NCBI GenBank assembly: GCA_001949185.1
Contig: BDGG01000001.1
Location: 320,065-384,064 of the forward strand
From: Ramazzottius varieornatus
Taxonomy: Eukaryota > Animalia > Tardigrada
Reading direction: 5' to 3'
Length of the DNA: 64,000 nt
A program made the translations under genes and the position numbers. The notes below the pieces were generated by a model. That model saw only the letters and a list, made by a program, of their open reading frames with translations. It made no database searches and had not been told where the DNA came from. Of the stretch, positions 1-12,774 are shown piece after piece; the stretch's first letter is position 1; every line of letters starts with the position of its first letter.

Positions 1-1400
1 CCACCGGCGATGACAGTGCTCCGGGTCCCATAACTCATCTCAAGTGGAAAAGCAGCTCTCAGTTGTGTACTGGAAGCATAAAGCTACGGAGCTCGGACAC
101 TCTTTTCTAGTGGAGATGAAGATTCGAACAACAAATTTCCGGTAAGTTTGCAATATTTGTTGGTACAGTTGTTTGGAATTGCATACGGGTCTTTGGTAGT
201 CCACTCAGAAGCCACGTCAACGCTCGGAGGATAGTGCATCACGAAAGCCTGGATCGCCTCTTCACATCAACGCCTGGAATGCCGAAGAAAAGGATCCCGA
301 CGAAATCTTCAACGAGGCCGATCTCCGTGATAGCGAAAATTACCCTTCCACAGATCCTAACTACAAATAGAGTAAGCGAGCTTACAGTTCGTTTCGGCCG
401 CAGTACTCTTCCATACTGTGCTTGGTTTGTTTCTTGAAGAGACTAGGTTCACCGACAGCGAAGACAGGGATGATGTCAGCATCTCCGGGAGTGCCAAATA
501 TGGAGGTAAGTAAGTGGCTTACCAAACTTCATTTAATTTTGCACGCAATTCGGCTATTGTGTTCGACTCCTTGGCACAGGCGAAAACAGCGGCGGTAAGA
601 ATGGAGATACAACGGAAGACTATACTGCAGAGCAGATTGAGGAGTTTGTTCGGAAACGGGAGGAATTGCTGAAGGAAGCTGAAAGTGAGTGCCAAAATAA
701 TATTGCGTGATGCAGTGTAGAATTAGCTTAGCTATGAAAACTCCTCGAATAGAAACGAAAGTCTTTGCTTATTTGTTGCTCATCATAGTGATCAATTGGA
801 TTTTGAAATCAGCGGGACATTCCAGACCATCTCGGTTCCTCGAGTGTATCAGTCTAATGATAGTATCGTATTACAGTTCCGGCCATCAACTGGTCATTCA
901 ACGCAGATCCAGCAACAGTCGACCGCACTCTGTTCCAGCGACTACAGCCGAAGTCTCCAATATGGGTCAGACGAGCAAGATTACAGCAAGCGCAGAAAAG
1001 CGCGAAGGACATGGAAAACTACGCACGAAAGCTGATGTGGAAAGTCTTGATCCCTGACGATGATATTATCGCTCTCTCAAAGACGAAGACGAAAGGCGTG
1101 GGGTTTGCGAAGCTTTTCGGCCCGGAGAACTTCACGTCGTTTTACGGTAAGCCTGTTGTAACGCAACCAGCCCGCTTTCTTACTTTTGACAGTCGTTTTT
1201 CTTTGCAGATCACGTTTTCAAGTTCAAGAAAACCAAGGAAGGATTAAAGGGAGGAAAGTGGAATAACCAGATAACATCCGAAGTTGAACTACGTAAACGA
1301 TTGATTAGCACTTTCGATCGCAAATGTCTCGTGTACTTAAGCACACTGAAAATCCACAATCCGACTAGGTCCTCCTTTCAATGGCCTCTCCCTCTTTGGT
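1..1400 (+). CDS. 3' part of a spliced gene encoding a putative BEN-domain-like protein; homolog of the CACTA accessory gene at 57.3-59.4 kb
   Basis: Acidic low-complexity exons, then DYTAEQIEEFVRKREELLKEAES (~615-685) and VPAINWSFNADPATVDRTLFQRLQPKSPIWVRRARLQQAQKSAKDMENYARKLMWKVLIPDDDII...ISTFDRKC, a helical pattern resembling BEN domains. GT-AG introns separate the segments. The 5' end is outside the window. Confidence 0.5.
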
Positions 1401-2030
1401 CCTTAATGCTAGAAATCGATCTGTATGGACAATTTTCAATTGTGAATTTTGTAGCCAGCCATCGGCTTACTATTACGAGCTGGTTCACCAGCCGAATAAA
1501 AACCTGAAGGATCACGAAATTTTCGCGGTTTATTTCCTCGTAGATGACTTTCATCAAGCGTTTTCTCATTATTGAGTCTCGCGAAACAAAGCTCACGCTA
1601 CACTTCCACGTTCACTTTTCTCGTGGTTGGTATCTGCATTGCATTTCCCGACACCGACAAATTTTCTCTTCGTTTAACGACCGTTTTTGATAAGAGAAAT
1701 CCATCTGTCAGAAAATACGATGGAAAGTCATGAATGGCGCCAATCAGGATCTTTGTGATCGATAGTAGGGGGGGGGGGGGTCACACGAAAATCGTCCATT
1801 GAACGAAGTGGTTAAAAAAAGGACTTCAGTACAGTGCATGTAGTTTTTCCGGGTGTTATGTGTCGCTTTAATTTACATTTTGCTTCTCAGAAGAGATACG
1901 ATCCTTTCTAACGTTCAGCAGGTGTACAACAACAGTTGTTTCATCCTATTACGTCTACTTCTCCCTTCCTCGCAGGCGTTTATCGCCCGCAAAAGTGGGG
2001 CACCTTGTTACTCACATAAAGTTGCGAGAA

Positions 2031-5000
2031 ATGTTTCAGATCGTGGCCAGAGTTAACTTTAACGGTTTACTCACGCTTCCTTTGATATTCGCCTTGAGGC
2101 TTGACATTGCTTTTCCTAATTATTTTGGCTTTGACTCGTTCAATTCCTTGTCAAACATTGGTCCGGCATTGGACTCGGGGTTAGCTTATCTTCAGCGGAA
2201 GTATCCATACATCAACTGGACCAGCACCTATTTGATAGCCCGTGGTGACACTTGCCAGGATGAAAAGACTGAGGTCTCCGACTTGGTAGCGGAATGGTAC
2301 TATCGACGGAAACAAGAAAGAGCGAATCTGCGAATCATCGTGACTGGCGGTACGTACAACCCAAGTCATTGAGTACAAACGAATGAAACGGATAGTTCAA
2401 GAACTAATTTCACCCACACTCCTTTTTGAACAGGTTGTCTGGCTGTGAACGATGTGAACTATTTGGCCGCGAACTGGAACATTCTAATGATCACAAGGTA
2501 CGGTGGCTGATAGTGGGATATAATTAGCATCTCTTATCGGCAACACGAGATCCGCTCTCCCTTATGGATGGTTTTTCAGTGGAGGAACACCTGTTTTCGA
2601 TTCCCTGGAATTACGCGTAGCAGCTAGCCCTAGATATCCCACCTTACTGACGACCTCCTTCTATGCCACAAACTATGCCGAATTGTATTTCGAGCTCTTC
2701 CGGTCTTTCAAGTGGACAACGCTGTACTTTATCACTGGTAAACTCGAAAGTAAACTCGACCCCCAGTGGTAAACTCGAAAGTCAGCTGCGTCTCTATTTT
2801 AGTTTGACCACAGCCTCCGTCAGCTGTTTCTACGTTTTAGTTATCAGCCTGGAGGAGAAAAATGACGTCCAGAGACTACGTAAAATTCTGAGGCGCAGCT
2901 TTCCAGCTTTCTTGCCGGTTTTAACATTTAAAATTTAATTAGCTTCTTCTGTTGTTTCAAACAGGTTTTCATCATACAAAAAATTTTTGACGACAACGAC
3001 GCATCTTTCCACTGGAGAGCTGAGCAAACCGATGACTCTGTAAGTTCGCAGAAAAATCGAAAGATGCTTTATATGACTTCGCAGTCAAATTTTATTGATG
3101 ATTTCGACAGTGGAATATTTCAAAGTACTACTTCAGTTCAGCATCCACGCTCGTCATACTCTGTTGTTCCCCCACTTCTGTTCTACACAATGGACGCACT
3201 TACCACGTGCATTCACTCATAATATCATTTCCCCATTCACTCATAATATTATTTCCATGAAACGTATCAACAGAAGGGCAGGGAAACCTTATTAGTCTTA
3301 TGAGAGCGGCACGAGTATACAGTATGTAGGCGAGCGGCATTCTGTGTAATCAATGAGTAACTCAAACAGAGCTGTTCAGGATAACTGGAACCTGCTGGCC
3401 GGGAATATTGTTGAGCTTAAGTACTTCAGTCTTTTAGTGGTGGTCCACTACGGTACCGACGTCGCATTCTGACAAAACAAAATTCCGTGACGTCAAAATC
3501 TGCTACTGCACTGGAATTACTTCCGTCCGCGCCACACTGGTCAAATGTTAAGATCAAAAATGGCTTGTCAGCCAGGTCAGAAAAACCTATAACGTCAAAA
3601 ACCGCTTCTGACAGTACTGAAATTACTTCCGTGCATCATACAATGGTCGAATGACAAAATTTCAGTAATCACGGTATGGTAATGGCTATAGTCGCGCCAT
3701 CAGAGCTCACAAACTCCATTCAGTGCGCGGTATGGTAATTCAGTAATCACGGTATGGTAATGGCTATAGTCACGCCATCAGAGCTCACAAACTCCATTCA
3801 GTGCGTCCCGATATTCCGCCAAAAACGTAATTTTCTTTAGCGACGGTAGCATCTGCGCATGTAGGACACATCCTCTGTCTTCGTCATACTCGCACAGATC
3901 CCAGATCGACCGGGGCGTCTCATGGCCTACTAAGAGGAGATGCGTGATATCGACGGATTGGCCATGAAAACCCAAATAGGCTATCGTCACCCACCATAAT
4001 TGATTACAAAAACCCACTGAAGCTATTGGACCTGTTTCGCAAGTCATATGCATGTTTTCGACAATCACAGCATATGTATAACTTTTATGCTGTGCAGCTA
4101 TCTAGAGCTCATGTTTTCCCTCGGGAGCTGGAGCTCGTATGAAGACTCATGAACGAAAGACCAGGTCGCGAAGAGACGGCGAACGCTGACGAAGCGGACT
4201 CGGAACGACTGCGTCAGCTGTATTTCCCAAGGTCGTTCTCAGATCCGAGTGCGTAGCCGTTTCTAGTCCGGTCTTTTACGTGGTCGTTTTCACTCCAGTC
4301 CGTTTTCGATCGCGATTCGATCCGTTTCGTTTAGAGTCCGTTTCTTTCCTTCGATTTCGTTTCGTTTGGTTCCGTCCGAACATGTTCTGATGAAAAGTCC
4401 GAACGAGTTCCGAACAGAGCGACAGCCTGACGGTCGTCTGTCACGCCGTGTTGGGAGTGACTATCTTGAGTTATAGAGTTCGACAGCTGTAACAATGTAG
4501 GTTTCAGCGCCCAACTCCGGAGCCATTCATGAGAGAGAGAGAGAACCGGTTATCTGACTCGACAATACTTCAGACGCAAGGAAACATTGTTCTCTGTAAA
4601 CTGATGCCACCCAGTGGTGAAAGAAACACCACTGCAGCTTTTTTTCAAAAATTTCAGTTTGTCACATGCCGTTGATGCGATGAGTCATCGTTATGATCCG
4701 CCATGATGCGATGACTCATCGCCCGTTCAAAAAACGCGCAGCATCATCAGCGCGTACAGTCTGCGCGTTTGCGCACTAGCTAGTCCCGTTTCGCCTCGTT
4801 CTGGCTTTCGCTAGCAGGTCGTTCGAGACTCGACCAGGAACGAGAACGGACCGTTTGGTTCAGGGGGAGTAATCAAAAGGAAGATGCCTTGTTTAGCTCA
4901 GTTCTCAAACGTATAATGCTCAAAACGAACGAACTGGTCCTGCCAACTCTGGCCTGAAGTGTAAACCGGAAAAAGTTCGGATCGCAACTAGTTTGGTAAT

Positions 5001-7536
5001 CTCGGAAGTTTATTTGAATTCGATCTTACTTTCCGCTTTGTGGCGCTCTACGTTATGAGATTTCATAAAGCTTCGCTGATGTTCATGGATGGTTGATTCT
5101 CTTTGGTGACGTTGAACCATAAACTACTCGTACGGATCATGCGTTAAGATTCACTCAGTGGTCAAACAAACATCCAAGCGCTGAAGACTACAGAATGGGA
5201 GGCGATCAAAGGGTCAGAATATTGTGGGAAAAAGAGAACATCCAAAGACCAAAAATTGGGAATTGTTTCGCTTTTCAGACCGAGAGCGCAACATTGTCTC
5301 CGCGAAAGTGGCGCACTTCCACTTCACTGCGCTGTGATTTACGCCGTCGACTGCGAAACATATTTTGCATGAATTGTTTAAGATCATATGAGTTTTTACC
5401 ATTTCTGTCAAAAACATGACGTGCGAAGCAGGTCCATTATCACCCATCAGAATCTGATGGGTGAATCTTAGAAAATAGTTATCCTTATGCCAACCCCAGA
5501 AAGACTGATGAGACCCACTTTTGTCTCCGGCGATTGCAGGTCTTGTTCGAGGACAACGAGGCACGAAGATCACTGCATTTCATTCCAGAATTCAACAACG
5601 ATCGAACAGACGTGACTACGACCCCCATGCCATTGCTATTGCAGTTGAACTTGTTTCAGGAAACAATAACGCGTTTCTGGATCTGGGATTATCTGCTGAC
5701 AAGTTGGTTTTAGTGGGAGACAGTAGTCTTTCGGGAGGTTAGTGGGTGACAATAACCCCACCCTTATGTAAATTGCGTGTGAGCCAGGTGAGGCCACGCC
5801 TTTTTATTTCCACAATCAGAATCCCGGGATCCACGTTTCATGCGTGACGGCCAGGCCGAACATGACTGCAAGGGCAACCCTGGGAAGAAGCGCAAGACAT
5901 GCGTCCGCTGCGGATGCATTTCTTGCCGCGCCGGCATACTCTTGCACCTAGTCAGATGCGACGAGCTAAACGTTTCAGACTAACACCGGCTAATTTCAGC
6001 TGTTACAGGTTGTTCGCCAAAGTTACCGGTCGGTACTGATGGTGTACATTGTGGAGGTCGAGAACGGTACCATATCAGGCGCCGAAGCTCTTAAATCAGA
6101 GTGGGAAGACCGATCCCGCCTCAAGAATAATGGGACAAAGCTGGTGAGCGCTCAAACTAATCTACCTTGATTCAACTTCACAAAAGTCTGGGCAGGTGCT
6201 CGGTCATCCAACCATCTTTTGCATTGTCAGGTGACGCCGTGGTTGACCAGCGCGTACCAGGCGATGCAGCTAATAGGCAAGGTAAACCCATTTCTAGTTC
6301 CATCAAGATGACAGAATTTATCGGTAAGGTCGTTTTTCACTGCGTAGGTTTTGGACAGCACCCAATCTACAGACCCTCAGTTCAACTACAGTGACGGAAG
6401 GGCATTTACTGCTCTGTTTCGTAATCGGACCTTTAACCTTGACCTGGGAAACTTGACCATGAACAGCATCGGTCAGCGAGCAGCTCAACTTGGCTTTCGC
6501 TACTTTAGCAATATTTCAGATCGGTTCGAGGTACAGCACACAGGCTAGAGCACTGGGCCGCAGGTCCAAAAGTACGCTGTAACTGTGCTGCGCACATTAC
6601 CAGGGCGCTATACGCTGCGCTGTGCTGCACAACTTTCACGCCCAGTGGCTAAGCAGCTGTGCTGCAGATGCACATTGATATGGTACTGCTGCACGGAAAG
6701 TCGATGTATTGACGTGGTTTGAAATTCAGTCAGCCAAATCGGTAGTCAACCTGGAGAACGTTGCCCTAAAGTACGGCAAAGCTGAGACGGCTGACCTTCG
6801 AATGCCCAAAAACTGTAATTTTTGTTAGGTTTCGGTAGGTGCATCTGCGCGGTAGTCTATGGCTTTCTGCTGTATGCTGTGCTGTGCCGCACAAATTTCG
6901 TCAGTTCACGCGCTGCGGCTGTGCTGCAGCACAGCACAGCTGCAGTACAGCGCATGCGGCCAGATTCCGTGCTCTAACACAGCTTCTCTAAAAACCAGTC
7001 ATGTAACAGCATCGATCGTAGCATTATGTGATCTTGACCGTGCTGTTGATTTTTTTCTGTCTAGTTATTTATGGTGTCCACCGAAGACTGCAGTAACCAC
7101 GTTGTATGGCACAAAGTCAGAGATCCTGATTGGTTAGACGGCAAAATCCTACCTTCAAACGAACCTTACTGCGGTTTTCGGAATGAGAGAGCCAGTTGTC
7201 GCACTTGTAACGCTTTACTTCCTCGTACTTACGTATAATACATTCACAAAGATATAATATATTGCTTCAACAGCCTCAGCTAATATTCCTGGAGCAGTAG
7301 GCGGATGTATTCTCTCACTGCTGCTGATTTTTTCCTTGTCAATCTTTGAATGGTGGGTGATGGTCGCTCCAGCTCACAATTTCTGTCTGTGACCGTCAAT
7401 GACTGGAAAATGATAGTCTGTCTATAGGCTGAAAAGGCGGAGAGAACATGAGCGAGTTCAGTGGACACAATGGCATTTGGAGGATGGTCTGTCGGACGCT
7501 GTCCATCACAAAAGACTGTTTGAATTAGACTTTTGA
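2031..7536 (+). CDS. ANF-receptor (periplasmic-binding fold) single-pass receptor with short cytoplasmic tail, NPR3-like architecture; ~10 exons
   Basis: Exons read: 2031-2349, 2434-2497 (GCLAVNDVNYLAANWNILMITS), 2580-2737 (YPTLLTT...FKWTT), ~2964-3040, ~6009-6143, ~6231-6281, ~6348-6530 (DGRAFTALFRNRTFNLDLGNLTMNSIGQR), 7065-~7207 (WLDGKILPSNEPYCGFRNE..C juxtamembrane motif), a TM exon from ~7274 (GAVGGCILSLLLIFSLSIF), and a last exon ~7428-7536 ending LFELDF*. The 2.74-2.96 kb part is not cleanly resolved. Confidence 0.8.
3661..3806 (+). repeat. Tandem duplication of a ~67-bp unit within the 3-kb receptor intron
   Basis: ttcagtaatcacggtatggtaatggctatagtc(g/a)cgccatcagagctcacaaactccattcagtgcg occurs twice, separated by cggtatggtaa, itself a copy of part of the unit. 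Confidence 0.9.
6546..6976 (+). mobile_element. Non-autonomous hAT-type MITE (431 bp) in a receptor intron
   Basis: Ends TAGAGCAC...GTGCTCTA. Flanks acacaggc (6538-6545) and acacagct (6977-6984) form an 8-bp TSD at 6/8 identity. Many subterminal gctgtgctgca motifs. A copy with no differences seen lies at 44072-44502 on the opposite strand. Confidence 0.85.
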
Positions 7537-8205
7537 ATATGAAACTCTGATTAATCGTCGTTCATAGTTTTAAAACTGCTTCCCGCACAGCGGATACGCG
7601 TATATTGGGATCGCGTCGCGATAAACTCAAATTTGTCTCAAAGGACACTGTAAAATTGTTTACGCGGTGCGAGTAACAATTATTTTTCCTTTGACGAAGA
7701 ATGCCACTTATGAGCGAAGCACAGACTTCATTGTGCTTGTCTGATCGCATTGATGTGTGTCGTCGATGCAACTAGAGGTGGCTCACAGTCTGCGTTTGAG
7801 ACCGAGGCGGAAGTGACGGCCTTCCACCTGTCACTCTGAGCTGCAACGGTCCCGTTGGCGAGCTCAGAGACCCAAGCCAAGCATGAAGCGTGGGATGGCG
7901 GCAAAAAGCGAAACAAAAGTTATTCATCGAGAGCATATAATCTCGAGAAAACTTTCAGACACAGAACATCGTTACTCGTGCGGGAATGAGACACGGGAGG
8001 AGCACACAGTCGGACATGGCGAATGGTCAGGACAGAAATGCTATTAAGGAAACCTATGAGAAAGTGCACTGTGCATAACTCGGAAGTCCACATGTACTGA
8101 CCAGCCTACGCCATGTCCGCCCATGATGAGCTTCAACGTGAAGGAAAGCTTATCAACTACCACATCAACAACAATAATTTTCTACTAATGACGGCTGATG
8201 AATCA

Positions 8206-10964
8206 TCACACATGCAAAGAGCTGTTGAATCTGACAAAAGTTCGAGCCGCTAGTTCTTTGCAGAATTCTTCCAGGGTAACCACTGCACAGAGCATGACGT
8301 TTTCGTCGTCCTTCTCCAGCTGGGACCACTGATTATCCCGAATCAGCTGTCTCGTCGTCACAATCTTATCTCGAAAACCGGGGGTATGGCGAGCGTACTC
8401 GTCCATCTTTTGCACCAGCGACACCAGAGAGCGGTACAGGGAAGTGGACTGCGGTGCCAGAGGCACCGTCGGGTCCAGCAGGTACTCGCCTAGGGTCGGG
8501 TGTGGAATGAGGCAGAGTTTGGAAAGAATTCCCGTCACCCTCAAATTCAGTAAATACGGCTAGAGGAGAAACAACACAACACTCGTTAGATCTACAGTAG
8601 TTTCAAAAAACTATCTGGACAAACCGTAAAGATTCCAAGTACTGTAATAAACTGGGAAACCGGAAAAGCAACCGTTATGTCAAATGGCGCACGATTTAAT
8701 TTTGTTCGGCTGGGAGGGTGCGCCATTTAAGAAACGATTCCGGGGAGGATGTCTGCTTTTGCAAGTGGCGCAGGCTTTCGGTGTTAGGAGCGTGGGCCAC
8801 TTGGGACGACGATCTCGTACTACTTTTTGTTTGCCCGCTTCTTCATTAGGGTGCCAACTGTGACATTTTTTTACCGGGAGCTCTTCAGAATTCTCGGGGA
8901 AAAAGTTGCTTCATACCTGGACGAAGAGATTCGAAAGGTAGTGGAACAAGACTCGCAAGAGCGGTCCTTCGTTGAACGGTTGGCCGTCGAAGAAAGCTGA
9001 CTCTTCCGCCAGAAGAACATTGCAAGCTGGGATTGGTCCGAAAGTTGGCCATTTGAGATTCGTACATCTTTGGTTCAGCCACTCAATCTACAAAACCTCA
9101 CTGCACAAAGTATCACGGAAAGCAAACTAAGAAAATATCTCCAAGGCCAATACGGAAACTTGTTCACTTACGGAATAATAAGACTCTCGTAGGTAGTTCT
9201 GGTTATCCCGGTCTTCCTCCATGACCGTACACGACTTTGCACTGGTGGGGAACAGAATACGGAACATGTCCGCTCTGTCCGTCGCCTCCGCCATGTTAGT
9301 GTTCCACATCGTGTCGTGTATCCGCTGGTCCTTCCGGATGTACAGTCGACTATCCAGAAACTGCAACATTGTCTTCTCCACAAAGACTAGCGTTGGTTTC
9401 TGAACCATCGCGTTCAACAAATCAAACGCTATCACACGCATTTCTCTATCTTGTATAAATATCAAATACTTCTGGAAGAAGCAATCATTCAGTAAAATGT
9501 TGGAAAGAGTTTCTAACATCGATAAAGACTCAGAAATTCTGTACATTTTTAGAAAAACGGCGACCGATAAATCATTCCTGGCTGGAATGTCACATAACCA
9601 GTCTTGCTGGAAACTACATGGGGTCCTCGAAGTTAATTCAATATAAAAGGAATTCAAGAAAGACGAAGTGAGGGCAGGCTCGGCGGAAGTGATAATCTGG
9701 TCGAGGAAGACGACCCACCGGACGAAACTCTTCACGACGTGCTGAAGATCGCCAAAATCATGCCTGAGAAGGACATCTACAGCTTCGAGAGTGGCTGGAA
9801 TGCAGGAGTAGAGTTTACTGAAGTGTGGAAGGAGGGCATCTTCGAGGAGGCGCGACTGAGCGATGCAATGACAGACTACGGGTTCTCGACACCGAAGCAA
9901 CTGGATCGTCGCTTCTCTAGCTTGTGCGGAAACCACAGGGTCGGGATTCAGCACCGAACGGAGAAGCGAAGTGAGAAGAGGGAATGTGAAGGAGTCGGAC
10001 GTGTTGTTTTCACCGTTCAACTGAAAAAAGCAACAAATCGAGATGGACCATCCAAGTAGAAATCAATGTGGAGCCAATGAGCAACTGTGCAGACAGGTAT
10101 TCTATGTCTGTCCAACAGAAACCGGGCATTTCACTGGTATCTACTCGGGCGGTTCATATGTGTAATTTACGACGAAATAGGAACCAGGCATCTGCTTGGT
10201 GGAACTAACCTTAAAAGGGACCTGGTTTTTATTGCGACGACCCATATATGTCAACTTACGGTGAAACTGGAACTGCTTCTCTTCCTTTCTTTCCGGCTGT
10301 TTTCCACGTTAATGTATCTGTTCTGGTCCTCATTTTCTGGCAAGATACAATCTGGAAGATCAACGGACCTGACATCAGACTCCGTTCGGTCCACGGCGTC
10401 GTGAGGAGCGTTGTGGAGGAACAAGTTAGCCAAGCACTGATCCTTTGCGAGCACGTCGACCACCGCTCGAAGGAAAGCCATCTCTTCTCTGTCCCACGGC
10501 GAGCAACTAGACCTCCCACAGGCCATAATCAACCTAGACAAGGGTTTGTACATGAAGGACTTGGGTATGATTTGTATCGTCGAAGGCGTCCGAACGAAGT
10601 TGGTCAGGAAGAAGAGGACGTAAGACTTGATGCCAGCAGGCTTGTCCGTCTTGGCCAGAGCGACCAACCAGTCGAACACCTTGTATCGCATGACAAACTC
10701 CAAGCAGGGACTGATGGTTAGAGAATCGTTGGGTGCGGAGATGGAAGAAACGATGCAGTCGGGTGTGTCTTGTTGGATCAGGTTGAATATCCATTGGAGA
10801 CGGAGTGGAACGTCCGTGTCGTCCACGGGGATGTTGGCGCCTTTGCGTAACTTCAGCTCCTTGACGAGGTTGTGCCATTGCAGGAAGAGCTCTTCTTCGG
10901 GCCGGAGGTTGGGCGCCAGAAGCTCGGAGGCGGAATGTGCCAGGTTCGAGAAGAATTTGAACAT
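8206..10964 (-). CDS. FHIP2: FHF complex subunit HOOK-interacting protein 2 (FAM160B/RAI16-like)
   Basis: The N-terminus MFKFFSNLAHSASELLAP...W...PVDDTDVPLRL...SPCLEFVMRYKVFDWLVALAKTDKPAGIK and the C-terminus PYLLNLRVTGILSKLCLIPHPTLGEYLLDP...VVTLEEFCKELAARTFVR match FHIP2/FAM160B. Multi-exon (ORFs 10251-11006, 9127-10020, 8206-8544). Confidence 0.92.
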
Positions 10965-12774
10965 GGCGAGGAGAAGGTCGAAGCCTCGAAGGCATGTCAA
11001 GCACACAGTGGAAAATCAAAATAACTTCGTGACGTCATACAAACATCACAGTAGACCACGTGGTCGATCCGTTGCGCCTACAAGCGGAAAAAGTCACACG
11101 GTCCGTCCTGCAGTTCTGATTTTGTCGAGATTGCTTGCGTGGCGTGTCCCGTACCTTCCTGGCCGCGGCGATCAAACCGTGCAGACGCCAACGATTTCCC
11201 GACCAGTCCGACCTTACTTCCAGCTGTCCAATTCTGAAGAATTTGCAAACGGTCGCAAAAACAAACACTACAAAGCTACGGGAAACAAAAGTCCAGAAAA
11301 ACGGTCGAAAGCGGAATTTTTACGCCTTGTGACTTGTCCAGTACAAGGTGGGATTTGCGCAGAAGCGAGTCAATAAGCAAATTGCGACATGATCGCGCAA
11401 AACTCGCTGTTGCGCATGCGCAGTCAATTCATTGGCCGGTTTGCACCGGTGCGCATGCTCACCTCCGCCCACAAGAATGCGGCGACGTTTCATGGCGACG
11501 TCGCTTGGGCAAATCACACCTGTATTGTCCAGCATGTGAACACAAAATCAAGCCGGCTAGGCAATCAAGATGCCGGCCGAACCGTCAGCCGTGGGCTCGC
11601 AGTTCGGCTAGTGAGGAGGCCGAGTCGCACCGAATTTTTGCTTTTTCGACTCTGACCCAGTGAGCTTATACTGAGTCATCAGAAAGCAGAAATCGACGGC
11701 ACGGCGGGAAAAGATTCCAGTGACCAGTCAGCTGCTGTTCATTTGCATTTTACTTTCTTCCCTCAGAGTTCCAGAAAGAAATTACGCGTCTGACACTTCC
11801 TGTTTATTCTTGGTGTTGTTGTGGGTTGTGCCAGTAGACAAGATGGAAACCTTGAAGGATGCAACAACTCAACGAGTTCGCCAGCAGAAGGAGGCAGATG
11901 CTCATGGGTCACTGGGTGGCCTAGCTGATAATCCTACCGGTCACCGGGACTGCTTTTCTCTGTCAGAAAAAATACCACCCTCGGAGTCCACATTTAGAAC
12001 AGTGCAAAAGATATCAGGTACGTTTCCGGTTTGGTGGATTATGTTTCAGCTGGCGTAGGTTGGCTGTAAAGACGTTTGTCGCGAGATTATCTTGTGGATC
12101 AGGGCAAGTGTCGCGTTTGTTTAATTGTGATTACAGGTGAAAATCCTCATTGGCATGCCCGAGGTGTTACTGGGCCACTTGAAAAAATGCAAACGAGGTA
12201 CAAGAGTGGCGGTTACAGCAGCACGAAGCCCACCATCAGCAACATAAGGTACTCTGCATCGCGTTGAGATACAATTTTCCTTGTTGACAAAGCCTTTGCG
12301 CAACAAACACATTTCAGCAGTTTTTCTGGTGCTTCTTATTGTATACCCTCAATGGGGAGGAGGAAAAACGCGATGGATGACAATGCGGAAGGTACGTGCT
12401 GCTACCAGACAGCTGCAATAATAATAACAGTTTTCCCTCAGTCGTCATCGTTGGCAATGCCAACATGTGGCATGAGTCTCTTCTTTACATCTTCCCTTTA
12501 ATTTCCTACAGCTACTCCCTTCCCATATTCCCTTCCCCAGCCAACTACGAAGGTACCGTATCCTGCTTCAGAATGTTTTGGCTGATCAAATCTGACTTGT
12601 ATAAGTTTTTGTTGATTTTAGAAAATATCCAGGAATTTTTTCCAACGAGAAGTAAATCCAGTTTTCCATTCAGATCTTTTTATGAAGGTACTGTGGTAAC
12701 CCAGCCTCTTTCATCTGGTACAGTTCGAAGTTCGTGTCTCTGGATGTTTTGAACTTTTCCTTGAATTTTCCAGA

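Noticed and set aside
6859-7137. Duplicated Cys-rich ORF MAFCCMLCCAAQ... (also 43845-44189)
   Set aside because: Spurious translation of gctgtgctgca-rich MITE sequence; the real receptor exon uses another frame.
10248-11376. Long plus-strand ORFs antisense to FHIP2 (157 and 249 aa)
   Set aside because: Shadow ORFs from GC-rich codon usage; no motifs.
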